Below are positions 43,001 through 54,818 of a stretch of 64,000 bases of DNA, piece after piece (the first letter of the stretch is position 1; every line of letters starts with the position of its first letter). Origin of the DNA: Tubulanus polymorphus (lineage: Eukaryota > Animalia > Nemertea); the NCBI RefSeq assembly GCF_964204645.1, contig NC_134025.1, positions 13,082,001 through 13,146,000 on the forward strand, in the 5' to 3' direction. The position numbers and the translations under genes were made by a program. The notes under the pieces are model-generated. The model ran no database searches. It had not been told where the DNA came from and saw only the letters and a program-made list of their open reading frames with translations.

Positions 43001-45340
43001 TATACATACATGTCCATATATTGTTGGCATAATATTAGTAATACGAGGAACAATCTGAAAATTGATAAAAAGGGTTTTTTTGTCAAAGATGATGCACGTA
43101 GGCTTATACAGTTGAAGATTCTGCTAACATCCAGCGGAACGGTTGGTCAACGAATGAGATTTCGGTTCAGTGGATTAGCATAAAACAGACCTTGTCTAGG
43201 AAACCTTTCTTTTTCGGGCACTTTTTAACGACGGCAGCACCAAACTCATTCAGGGCTACAAGCCAGCTACAATTGGACGCAATAGCATTAAATCTTAGCG
43301 ATTGTCTAAAAGAACATACGTGATTCGATCTTATGTCTTTATTGGAACCAAAAACTGTGCAATGTATATATGTTAGCAAATAACGTAAGGAAACAAAGAC
43401 TTGCGGCAAGTCATGAGGTTTGTAGAAATATATCAAAGTTCGCTTAAACAAATTTATCGTTACAAAGTACAACGCGCATATTAAGGATAGAAGGTTACAT
43501 GTCAGTGGGACACCTTGGGTGTAATTCGGGGCATTCGATATCTTAATGCCAAACACTTTTGTGGTTTGGTAGACAGGGTTATCGCAATAAAAAATTCAAA
43601 TATGTCTGTATCTCTTGAACTATTATTTTGTTTCGATTTTCAAGCGTAAGTACCTGAGAAGTCCTTCTTGTGAATTCATTACTTCATCGCATTCAACGGT
43701 CGGGACATCAGGGCCCTTAAAAGCATGCAAAAATTATTTCGTCAATATTGACCAGATGAACAGGTGTTTTGAACAGGTGTTTTTGATGAACAGATATACG
43801 TGTGCCATAACTGGATTCCAGCTTAGATGTAATCAAACATGTCACGGATTATTGGAGTTATGATGGGAAATCATTTCTATTTTACGAGTGTCCAGATGAG
43901 AGAGTCCAAATTTCTAGGGAAAGTGATTGAAAGGATTATACGTGCTTTTTAGGCACCGATAAGACATTGACCAGTCCGACACTTAATGTAAGGTCAAGTG
44001 CCATATACGGACTGCCCAGTGTACAGCTAAATGAAATATGAGTTTAGATATTAGAAATTAGTATACATAGTCGGCATGTACGGTGTACCATTAAGTATGA
44101 AACATCTCTGATGTCGTCCTGAGTTTTTCGAGCTTCCGGTGAATATTGGTTTTCCAACAAATACTCCAGTGGTATTTGTGCTACGTGATCATCTTCGTTC
44201 CATTTTAAAGTCACAAGTCCATCTTAAATTGTATAATACGTTTAGTCATATGCCGAATTTATTTCTAAAAAAATGGTCATTTAGACTCGTATGAAGTTAG
44301 AACCTATGTGAATTGTGCAATACAACATGTAGCTTACCGACTACGATATAGTCTCCTTCATCATCCGAAGGTCGCGAAAACTTACCCTTCACTGCTGAAT
44401 CCTTCAAAGTTAGATTTATTGGAAATGTTAATGGATTGACTAATTTTTGTCCGCTGTGAGGCTGTACACATTCTGTACATTGACAATGATGTCGCAACCA
44501 CAATGAATTGAAACTGAAAATATTTAACGCGTATTACGCCCAGTTCAAGAATAGTGAAGATAAAATAAGATGCCGGATATACAATCAGCGATGTGGACCG
44601 GTAGATAGATATTGTTGATAGTCAATTAATAAACAATATTTATACGAGGTCTGAAATGTCTATACGGTACAAGGATTTCAGATCATATTGAATTCATCTT
44701 TATTCTAGATATCTAAGCAATTATTGGGTTATTTATAGGACTTGCCTAAAGTTTGAGCTAGTTTCTACAATACAGTCAGGAATACCAACGTTACAACAGA
44801 AACTATGAAAACAAATTTAGTAATGCAACAAAATACAGAAATTAATTTACATTTACCTCGCACTTTTTTCGTTTGAAAATTTTACTATTAGGTGTTTTCT
44901 ATCACTTATGATCTCATCTATTTCTTGCTGGGCTGCAGCGGTCTGGAAATAATCCCTATTCATAATAACTCTTTTGCAAATTTGATTTATTGATTTTTTT
45001 CAGGCCTATATTTTGCAAAGAACTTACGTGACCATACAAACGAGGTAACCTAACAGCGTTTTTATCTACCATCGCTGAATGTAACAATCCTGGATTTAAA
45101 AAAAAAAAATATATATATATATATATATTTATATATACGTAGTTCCGTTCCGTTCAAAAACCTTCAGCCTTGTCATGGATTTAGAATGACCATCAATCAA
45201 ATTGTTGAATACACAGTATCCAACAGAAAACTTAAGCAATGATTATCATACCCTACTGTTCTCTTACCTAATTCAGCCCTATAGGTCCTACATCCGACCA
45301 AATAGGAACATCGATGTATCGTTCTTACCACAGTAAACAT
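31078..45340 (-). CDS. Gamma-butyrobetaine dioxygenase-like Fe(II)/2-oxoglutarate dioxygenase (BBOX/TMLH/TauD family), 15 exons, 438 aa, probable mitochondrial presequence
   Basis: Exons 45340-45268, 45074-45028, 44942-44857, 44513-44386, 44222-44089, 43715-43654, 43266-43191, 43054-43010, 42885-42761, 42484-42344, 42191-42131, 33336-33283, 33201-33133, 31489-31382, 31185-31078 join in phase (1317 nt, TAG stop). Motifs: N-terminal Zn site WLRHHCQCTEC...H, facial triad HMD...LHGR, NNRRVLHGR, GCYANIDEFKSR. Exons 1-2 are less certain than the rest. Confidence 0.92.
33436..34555 (+). mobile_element. 5'-truncated degenerate LINE (RTE-X-like ORF2 C-terminus) in the dioxygenase intron
   Basis: Broken frames VILAEDE...YLGVKFSWNG, LYGCEIWGYENLDLIE, ELGRYP, collinear with the ORF2 C-terminus at 52490-53643. 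Confidence 0.85.
34794..35146. mobile_element. piggyBac-type MITE
   Basis: TTAA on both sides (34790-34793, 35147-35150); termini CCCTCTAGTGCC / GGTACTCAAAGGG; internal direct repeat tgtggacatcaggct. Confidence 0.7.
35160..35990 (+). mobile_element. Second, more decayed 3' fragment of the same LINE family
   Basis: WCEIWGFENLDFLE, LQVLSELERYP, GKQTKLNSILYEISFNL align with the 33763-34251 frame. Confidence 0.8.
39119..39508. mobile_element. MITE with ~22-bp TIR GAGTGCTCCGAACACTGTWCGG
   Basis: Inverted copies at 39119-39140 and 39487-39508; no matching TSD seen; internal CCCTAAA-like repeats. Confidence 0.65.
40066..40106. mobile_element. 41-bp TIR-only element with 7-bp TSD (P-element-type termini)
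   Basis: ATCCGAC|CATGGACGTATAAACTAGA-CAA-TCTAGTTTATACGTTCACG|ATCCGAC. Confidence 0.75.
40386..40818. repeat. Tandem array, ~4.5 copies of a 91-95 bp unit built from CTGTGTGC subunits
   Basis: GGACTAGAGGCTGTGTGCCTC at 40452, 40547, 40638 and 40729. Confidence 0.92.
41800..41915 (+). mobile_element. Probable tRNA-derived SINE fragment
   Basis: A-box-like TGGCTGAGTGTGG and B-box GGTTCGAATCCC are too close together for a full cloverleaf; AATAAA-rich end. Confidence 0.45.
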
Positions 45341-46694
45341 GTCGGCAGATTGCACTTGTCCGCTCGAGGAAAACGATACTTATATAGTCTTATCTTCTAT
45401 CAAGAAAAGAAATTACTGATATGATATCAAAAATATATAAAGAGTTTCTCTTCATTACATATGAACTTTTTGGTGCTATGCACAAGAACGGAGCCCAAGA
45501 TGCTATAAGTGGTCGTAGTAACCGAACTTTATCTCGGATAGCCTGGCTTAAAACGTGTGGTCTGTGAAAGTATATCCTGTGAGGCGGATGGAATCGCGCT
45601 AAAAGAAAATGGCACAACGCGGATTTCTCGACAGAAGGTGGTATCGATATCCATTACACTGTGTTTGACCATGAGGTCTCGAGGCCTACCTGCTAGATGG
45701 GCGGTAGGTTAGTTGTGACACTCGTGTTCTTTGGAAAATTCGAAGATTCAAAACTCGTTGAACTATGACCTAATTACATCGATTATGATAATCTACCTTA
45801 AATATTCATACGTTTATTCAGCCTATACAGGCATATGAAGACCGAATATGTATTTGAACTAAAGATTTTTCACTTCCGGTGCCCGTACCGGTGTCATAGA
45901 ATGAAAAACCTGGTTCCCCTTGTTCACACCCCTCCCTTACAATAGATCTCGGGGGAACCTTTAGTCCGTAATTTCCCGATTGTAACGAAGTTATGTGCAC
46001 CAGTGATTGGCGAAAGTGGTATTGACCAAAAGCCCATCATCACCAGGGAGCTGGCAGCGCGCTGCAAATCTGCGCCGATTTGGCCCGAGCACACTAGAGG
46101 AACTGGCGACGACGAAAATTCATACTTCTACGTGAGTATCGCGTAATCAGTTTAAAATGATTTACTATGGTGATTTGAATAGACCGATTGACTTTACAGT
46201 CAAGGCCCCTTCATGCAGCGAACTCAAGGCAGCGGACTAATTCATTTATTCATCCACGTGTATTTCTTAACTTCGTTAGGCCCTACAGTCCGTATCAATT
46301 TCTGGGCATTTTCCAAACGAAAATGTCAGTGAATTTGTATGAATTTCGAGAATAAATTCGTATTATACAGTCCCGTTTATAGGCTAAGGAAAACCTAATG
46401 TCTATTTCAACTTGACTTGAGAACATCTGGTGGCCTAGCTTGGTCAGTTTTGGTGGTACACCTGATAAAAGTCTTATTAGGACCAGAAAGCACTGGCAGT
46501 TGACCTAAAACATTGATTTTAATCCATTTTATACTGTTTTGAAGGATACCCAAAAAGTCTGCATTGAAAGCGGTTCATGAGAGAAAAGTGACTACATAAT
46601 TTGAAAGTTTAACAACATATTCCCATGTCTACATACCAAACTTCAGTTGATATCTAATCAAGTCACTCAGGTCTAATTCGTATATAATATATAT

Positions 46695-47545
46695 TTTTAT
46701 TTATTTATCTATTTATTCATTATGGTGACAATATAAGAACATATGATGTGACCCAATTACCTTAAGCTGCACCAAGCCCAAAGGTGAACTTACACTCTAT
46801 ACACAAAACCGATGAGTTGGTATAGGGTTACCAACCACGGTTATTTTCTATAGAATGCAGAAAAACAAAATAAAAAAAGAAAACAAAAATGTACAGTACG
46901 TAGTAAGTAAAAGTGACTTCCATCCATTTTCCATGCTTTCATGAGAAAATTAGCAAATAGTGAAGTAATTGAAAATTCGACATTATGATGATAAATGGGC
47001 CTAGTTGATAGATGGTCAAAACTTTCTACCACCAAAGGTTGAATTTCATCTAAAAGATTCTTTCCAAGGTCCTGATAAGTCCGACATACAGGGACGAAGT
47101 GAAATTCACTTTCAACAGCGCCCTAACTCGATGTTTAGAGGAAGTACGTGCCCCAACGAATTTGTGCTACAAGGGAACAAGAATAGCGAGAAGATTGCTT
47201 GTAACATAAGGTTCTGGAGTAATAACAATTAAAAAGGTTTGTTAGTCCTGAGTTTTTGTTCGACCTTATGGGCCCTCTCGGTTCGCTAAATTGAAGAAAA
47301 TACAAGGTTTCAGGTAAATAGTCTTTGTAAGGCAATTGTCATCCATGTTGGTTAAACGATTCCAAAAGCGAATTATGTGGCATTTTGAATTTTGTTGGAA
47401 GCCATCCCATTTCGCCTTAGAGCTGGTCGCCTGGTGGGGTGAGCGGGCCAAGCCCTAAAAAGAATCTCCAAGCCCTGCTTGCACGCGTCCAATGTTGTTG
47501 GAATAAATTGAGCCCCAGATTTAAGTACCGTTAAAATAACACTAC
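46695..47545 (-). mobile_element. Decayed 3' LINE fragment (RTE-X-like)
   Basis: Minus-strand remnants IWGSIYSNNIGRVQ, GEMGWLP, HIIRFWNRLTNMDDNCLTK; (AAAT)n-like tail near 46700. Confidence 0.65.
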
Positions 47546-48826
47546 CACGTCTCGGTCGGTGAAGGCTTGCTGAAGGTTTTATAACCTACGTTTTTCAGTA
47601 TTAATAAAACGGCTTTTTAATTGAAGTTTAATCCAAAAATACGAATCAAAGGTTTGTTATTTATTAACTGATTGATTCATTCGTATCGAATAAACTCTAA
47701 TGGAATAATCACATTTCAGGCGGTGTTGCGAATTTCCCCAAAACACGGAATTTCTTAATGTTCAGTATAAATAGTAACTGGGTTTTCCCGTGGGGATACA
47801 CACTGTCGGACGAAGAGCCGGACCGATCGATGCACTGTGAGTTAGGTTCGAATCCCATTATTTGCAGGCGATTTTATCTGAAATTATCTACGATCCGTTA
47901 ACTGGCTGGCAGCTACCACCTGCATCAGCAGTCAGAATCAAGTGGAAAAAAGAGACTAGGCACCTAGGCAAACTTCGATTATTGAAGTTAGTCGACTTTT
48001 TGCGAACTTCAGAAAAAGAATATTATCGAATGCCAATATGCGTTCGCGGTAAGTCGGGCCTGTTACGTTATACAGTTTCAGATGGTTACAAACACGAGAT
48101 TCTACACGACCGGCAAACAAGTACTTTTTCAAATTCCTTAGATTCTACGACCAAATAGTACCGGTTCAAATTCCTTTGGGTTTATTTTGATTTTACGGCC
48201 GTCCAGTACTAAGATTCCCATTTGATCCAAATAATCAGCAACGCCTAGGAACAAATACGTATTAGCAGTCACAAAGAAAACATTAAAAAAACCATTTTAT
48301 AATCTCTAATATCATATAACTTTTCTAAACTTTTCTTGATACACCACATTCGATTATAACAACAATGTAGAAACACAACACGCATGAACAAACCTAAGCC
48401 AGAATGAAATATACATAATGTCTATTTATTTATTTACCATCGATTTGGATTCCTTCACTGCGAATTTATTTTTCACAAGAGACCGGCGCATGCACAGACC
48501 ATATCTTTCGCTGTTTGTATACAAGAACGCACGAGGGAAATCTCTCCAACAAAGTTGACGTTTTAGCTCGTTTAACGGAAAAATCGTCCTGCTTACTCGT
48601 TGGAAATGATAGTATTGATGCTCAGTGAAACGAACATGTAAGAATATACTGCTTCTATCTCATCCGTTAATGCTGTAATTAGAACTTTAAACTCTCAAAG
48701 CCTCCAAATTTGAACTTGGTTATTTCCACACGGCCATATATAAACGTTCAGTACAGAGATTCAACACAATCACTCGTTCCGCTTGACTGCGTTTACAGCT
48801 TGTAACACTGACTATAAACCGCTAAA

Positions 48827-50176
48827 ATGGGGCCTAAACCACGAGGAGTCAATTCGACAGTAAATACTGCACCCAAAAAAAAGTCACAAAATTCGAAATG
48901 TAAATCGGTGGCAACTCCTAAAGATAGTGCTAGTAAGCAGACGGAAACAGAGCAGCCTTCTACTGAGGAAAACCGCAAAAAAAGAGATCGCTCAGAAGGC
49001 TCTCTAAATACCTCTGGCGACGCTCCCAATCCATCAAAAAAATGCGCGACAGAGGATCATATGGGCAGTGAGAGCGAATATCAAACAGACGCCGAGGATG
49101 ATGAAATCTCCAACAAAATGCTACTAAATGAGATACGCAAGATGAAAATTACTCTCGAAAGGAAGATCGACTGTAAGTTTAATCAGCTCAAACAAGAGAT
49201 GGAGTTATACAAAACTGAAATCGAAAAAAACATTGATTTCCTAATACAAAATGCGAAAGACGAACTGAGAACCGAACTAAGAAACGAATTCAGTAGCAAA
49301 ATATGCGATTTAGAAAAAACAACTACACGTCAGCCGAGTGGTCAAAGATTGCGATTGCTCGAAGACCGTCTAATCGACCAAGAAGCGAGAGCACGCCGTA
49401 GCAACCTTGTTTTTGTAGGAGTGCCAGAATCAGATATGAATTGCGAATTACAAATTCGCGAATCGCTTATAAATTCATTTCAGATGGATAGAACACAGGT
49501 TACAAATATGGTATTCCAGCGAGCACATAGGAACCCTACTTACGTGGGCCCAAACACCAAGTTGCCACGATCTATAACCGTTAAGTTTAGAGATTATTGC
49601 GATCGCACTTCAGTCTATCAAGCGCGGAAAAATGCAATTACAGATACGAAAATCCGAATTTATGAGGATTTTCCACTGGAAATACGAGCGAAACGCAAAA
49701 TTCTCCTCGATAAGCTACGTGAAATCAAAGCGAAAGAACCCCACGTGAAAGCATTTGTTACGTATGATAGGTTAGTGTATGAATCAGACTCATTCAAAGT
49801 TATCGATAGCGAAATAGTGAAAGTTACGCGTTGGTCACCAGTGGGTAACGGAAAACCAAACATGAGATCACCACCGACAGGAGCGAATACGCACAGCCGA
49901 AGCCTGGCCGATCAGGCAGTCCGAAACCCCACTATCGCCGCAGAACACCAACCGAAAAACCAACAAAAACCGGTGGACAATCCGACACCAACGGCAGAAA
50001 ACCCGATGGACAGCACAAAAACAAAGACACCCTCTGTTAACGAAATGTTAGAGCCTGATGATACGATGCTCACCCTAGATCAACCGTTAAATCCCAAATC
50101 CCCCAATGCGAATAACAATCTCATCGATCTAAGCGATATAATTTCGAATGCGCGAGCCGCGTTAGAAAACGAATAG
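48827..50176 (+). CDS. LINE ORF1 protein (coiled coil plus L1-like RRM/CTD), 449 aa
   Basis: EARARRSNLVFVGVPE, FQRAHR, PRSITVKF, IYEDFPLEIRAKRKIL motifs. Confidence 0.88.
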   Translation: MGPKPRGVNSTVNTAPKKKSQNSKCKSVATPKDSASKQTETEQPSTEENRKKRDRSEGSLNTSGDAPNPSKKCATEDHMGSESEYQTDAEDDEISNKMLLNEIRKMKITLERKIDCKFNQLKQEMELYKTEIEKNIDFLIQNAKDELRTELRNEFSSKICDLEKTTTRQPSGQRLRLLEDRLIDQEARARRSNLVFVGVPESDMNCELQIRESLINSFQMDRTQVTNMVFQRAHRNPTYVGPNTKLPRSITVKFRDYCDRTSVYQARKNAITDTKIRIYEDFPLEIRAKRKILLDKLREIKAKEPHVKAFVTYDRLVYESDSFKVIDSEIVKVTRWSPVGNGKPNMRSPPTGANTHSRSLADQAVRNPTIAAEHQPKNQQKPVDNPTPTAENPMDSTKTKTPSVNEMLEPDDTMLTLDQPLNPKSPNANNNLIDLSDIISNARAALENE

Positions 50177-53100
50177 GAAACTGTCGAGCGTAACATACAA
50201 TCGTCTGGCCTTCCTAACTTTGATAAGTTGCGGTTATATAGTTTAAACGTCGGTGGATTAAAAACAAAGATAGACTCCTTGGATTTCAACAACTTTTGTA
50301 CACTCGCAGATATTATTGTATTAACAGAAACTAAAATTGATGAAACAGACGAATTATGGGTCAAAGAATATTTTGATACGCTTGGTTTCTATGTGGTAAT
50401 GAACAATAGATTTAAATTAGCTCTGAGAAAATCGGGGGGTATATTAATTGCCATAAGGAAAGATCTTAATAGCTATGTTAAAGTTCTACCAAAAACATCA
50501 AGCCATGTACTTTGGGTTGAACTGAATAAGTCGTACTTAGGTTGGGATAAAAACCTGACCTTGGGAGGTGTATACATACCACCGGTGTCGAGTAGTTACG
50601 GGAAAACTGAAATGTTTGACCAACTAGATACAGATATGATTAATTTAACGTCAGATAATAATACATTTATTTGTTTATGCGGCGACTTTAATGCATATAC
50701 TAAAGAGTTACCGGATTACGTTGTGCATGATGAAAATTTGATTAATATTCTAGCTATAAATGAGATATTCCATGAATCTGCTAATAGTCTAGCTGTAATG
50801 ATAAATGGTGGTTTTTTAAGCAGAAAAAATAAGGACAAATACGTGAATAACTGGGGTTATCGATTATTAGAGCTGTGTAAAAATCATAATATATTTGTAG
50901 CAAATGGAAGATTAGGAAAAGATCAGGGCGTTGGAGAATTTACTTGTGTAAAGGGCGTAAATCATCATGTTGTGGATTATATTTTAATGTCAGCTGAACT
51001 TTTCACGAAATGCTCTGATTTTAATGTTATGGACTTTGACCGTATACTGTCCGATGTTCATTGTGCTATTTATTGTACTCTAGCCTCAGATTGTAATATT
51101 GAAAGGAATGAGTTTCTACCACCCAGAGAGAAGGGCAAAATCCGGTGGTCAAAAGATAAAGAGGGTCTCTTTAGGAATGCTATTGACCAACAGAAATTAA
51201 GTCAGTTAAATCTTGATCTAAACGATAACAAAATAAATTGTGAAACTGCGAATAATATTTTAACGGAGACATTGATTGGAGCTTCCGAACGTACAATGGG
51301 TAGAAAAAAGATTGTTCCAAAAAATAATCGTAAAAAGCCGTTTTTATCTGACCCTGAAGTTTTAAAACACCGAAAATGTTATAGGCGAGCAAGAAAGAGC
51401 TGTAAAAGACACCCAACACCACAACGAAGAACACACATGAATTTGGCTTATAGGAAATACAATTTGGCTATTAAAAAAGCGAAACAAAAATACCTTTTGG
51501 ATCAAAATAACCTTTTGAAAAAACTGTCGAAAACCGATCCAAGAGCTTATTGGAAGTTTTTTTCTAAAGCCAAACAAAATGTTTGTAAAGCCTCCCTATC
51601 TGACCTTTTTCATCATTTTTCAAAACTAAATCAAATACCAACAGACGACGACGATGATAGTAATTATTTTGATGTAAATAACTTTATCGATGTTGACAAT
51701 GACGACGCCCTCAATCGAGTCATTACGGAATCGGAAATTTCTAAATGTATAAAGAAACTTAAGAATAACAAGGCACCTGGATGTGACGAGATACTGAACG
51801 AATTCCTTAAAACCTCTGAAGATATAATAATGCCCACTTTAGTCAATCTCTTTAATAAGGTCCTGGAAACTGGGATTATCCCTGAGAACTGGACAATTGG
51901 TAAAGTTACACCTATTTTTAAGAACAAAGGCGAGCCACGTGATCCGGACAATTATCGGGGAATCACATTACTGAGTTGTATTAGTAAGTTATTCACAAGT
52001 ATATTAAACGATCGTCTCCATGAATTTCTTGAATCAAATGAACTCCTGAATAGAAATCAAGCCGGATTTCGAAAAAATCATAGCATTTTGGATCACATTT
52101 TCACCCTTCACTCAGTAATTGACACCCTTTTTAGTAAGAAGCGAAAGCTCTATTGTATTTTTGTTGACTACCAAAAGGCATTTGATACAATATGGCGAAA
52201 GGCACTGTGGCACAAACTTATCTCAACAGGTATCACCGGAAATATCCTAAACGTAATTCATAATATGTATAAACATATCAAATCCATGGTTCATGTGCAG
52301 GGTCAATCCTCAGGTTGTTTTCTTAGTAACATAGGATTGAGACAAGGGGAAAATTTATCGCCAGTGCTTTTTTCTATATTTGTCAATGACCTTGAGGCTT
52401 CATTAATTGAAAGTGGTTGTCAAGGGATTTCATCTCCCTTCGAAAACGAAGATCTATGGGTTCAGCTACTAGTTCTGCTGTACGCAGATGATACGATCTT
52501 ATTGGCCGATAGTGCAAGTGCACTTCAGAAAAACCTCGATATGTTGGTCGCTTATTGTAAAAGGTGGAAATTAGTAATCAATATTAGTAAAACTAAAGCC
52601 ATTGTATTCGAAAAAAGGAAGCCTATTAGACAACCCGTATTTAATATCGATGGAGTATTAATCGAAACTGTATCTGAATTTAAATATTTAGGTGTGCTTT
52701 TTAATTATACAGGAAACTTTGCAAAATGTAAAAAGCTGATTTGTGAACACGCAAAGAAGGCGCTTATATTTGTTCTTAAGAAAGTTCAACATTTTCTCTT
52801 GACTTTGATACTGCTTTCCAAGTCTTTGACGCAATGGTTGGATCGATTTTAACATTTGGTTGTGAGGTGTGGGGCTTTGGAAATTTTGATGTTATTGAAA
52901 AAATTCATTTAACATTTTGTAAATATCTGCTAAGCCTCAAGAGGTCAACACCAAATTTGATGATATACGGTGAGACAGGAAGGTTTCCATTTGAAATTCG
53001 TATCAAAGTTCGTATGGTAAAATTTTGGGGACACTTGATCCTGCATGAAGAGACATACTCTGGTAAAATGTACCGCATTCTTTATAATAGTCATTTAAAT

Positions 53101-53643
53101 GGTTCGCAAAGTAAATGGATATCCTGTATCGAATCAATCTTACAGAATTGTGGTCTTGGTAATATATGGTTGGAACAAACTTTTCCGAATATTCCCTACC
53201 TTGGGGAACTCGTAAAACTTAGATTAGAAGATCAATTTAAACAGACATGGCATGGATCGATGGTACTATCCTCTAAATTAGATACGTATAGAATATTTAA
53301 AACTGATTGGGGACAAGAAAAATATCTTTCATCACTACCACGAAGTTTAAGAATCTCACTATGTAGATTTAGATGTTCCAACCATAAATTACCAATAGAG
53401 ACTGGTAGATATGAAAACAAACCACGGAACGAACGAGTTTGTAATAAATGTAACGAGAATACTATTGGGGACGAATATCATTTCATACTGAAGTGCGAAT
53501 TTTTCAACGCTTTTAGAATTTTGTATATACCTAACAGATATAGAATTGGCGCAAATCATTATAAATTCAAGCAATTGCTCAGTAATGAAAACCTGTATTA
53601 CAGTCTATCTAAATACATTACGACTGCTACACGGTTGTTATAG
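50177..53643 (+). pseudogene. LINE ORF2 (AP endonuclease + reverse transcriptase + C-terminal Cys/His motif) with one frameshift at ~52792-52795
   Basis: LNVGG, LTET, GDFNA, DYIL, SDVH; RT motifs NYRGITLLS, FVDYQKAFD, GLRQGENLSP, LYADD, FKYLG; after the shift FGCEVWG, HKLPIETGRY, CNKC...GDEYHF...C. Confidence 0.93.
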
Positions 53644-53941
53644 CTAGGGCTATTAATATGTATAAATTTGCCAGCTTTTATATTTATACTATTCATACTA
53701 TTTTGTTATGCTCGGAAAAATTGTATATCTTTTTTGGAGCAATAAACTAAAACTAAACTTCGCTAGTCGTAAACTATAAGATAATAAACCCATGTGGCCT
53801 AGCATGGAAATTAATTCAGTCCGATGTGGAGAAACAACAGGGAAACCATTTAAAACCAACATTGGAGTACCGCAAGGAGATTGCCGCAGTCCCATGATAT
53901 TCATCTAGTATCTGGCACGTAGCCTTCAACAACAAGAACAG

Positions 53942-54177
53942 TAGTATATAGGAATAAGTTGGTTCAGATCAAAGGTCGAGAGGTCGAGTGAGTAGAAAAA
54001 TAAATTCTCGCACGCTCGAATATATTTTTCTACTCACTCGCCCTCTCAACCTTTAACCTGAATCAACTTTTAACCTGAACCAAGTTGGTTCAGGTTAAAG
54101 GTTGAGAGGGCGAGTTTATTTTTCTACTCACTCGACCTCTCGACCTTTGATCTGAACCAACTTATTCCTATATACTA
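53942..54177. mobile_element. Academ-like palindromic MITE
   Basis: TAG...CTA termini, ~60-bp TIR TAGTATATAGGAATAAGTTGGTTCAGATCAAAGGTCGAGAGG..., 4-bp TSD ACAG (53938-53941, 54178-54181). Confidence 0.85.
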
Positions 54178-54334
54178 ACAGTCGCATCTCCACGGTCATG
54201 CATACCCCACTATGGACAATTTACCATCATCAAGGCATCTCCAGGACCACACATAGTAAAGATCCAAAGCAGGCCATTACGCCACAGTATGCAGATGATA
54301 TCAACTGGCTAGTAACGGGAGCATACAACGTTGT

Positions 54335-54548
54335 TGTAGAAAACTCTGCGACGATCGGGCCCTTAAACGGGCACACCAAAGACCAATAACACACACACAC
54401 GTATATCGCAGATACAAATGACATAGAATTTATTCCCAATACTGTATTTATATAAGGTACAAATAATGTGAGTAATAAACCGTGAACTAACTCGCCCATA
54501 AACCGTAACCACAGGATATACAGATAAGCTTGCTTACAATATTCAACA
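54335..54548 (-). repeat. 3' LTR (214 bp)
   Basis: TG...CA termini, adjacent to the PPT. Confidence 0.95.
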
Positions 54549-54818
54549 TTTCTCCCGCCGCAAAATATATAAATCTCAAATTTGATATAACAATTTCATT
54601 TTCTTACATCATTCAAGTTTACCTCAAACAAAAACTACAACTAAAATTAAACTAAAATAGACAACTTTGTTAATTTAATGAATTTTTATTCAATTCTAGT
54701 TAAATTCTAGTTAAAGTTAGTTGTAACTATCTTAAACTAGAATTCAACTAGAATTGACTAAAAATACACTAAATCAACTGGCTTGTTAATCTTTTTTATT
54801 TTTTAGTCAGTTCTAGTT

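Larger units (their letters stand above)
48513..53758 (+). mobile_element. Near-intact full-length non-LTR retrotransposon, probably RTE-X clade
   Basis: ORF1 plus APE-RT ORF2; 3' AATAAA followed by an (AAACT)n tail; candidate TSD TTCGCT at 48507-48512 and 53759-53764 (5' boundary tentative). Confidence 0.9.

Noticed and set aside
46020-46140. First exon of a divergent plus-strand gene (GC-rich, GTGAGT donor near 46132)
   Set aside because: No downstream exon or ORF support in the window.
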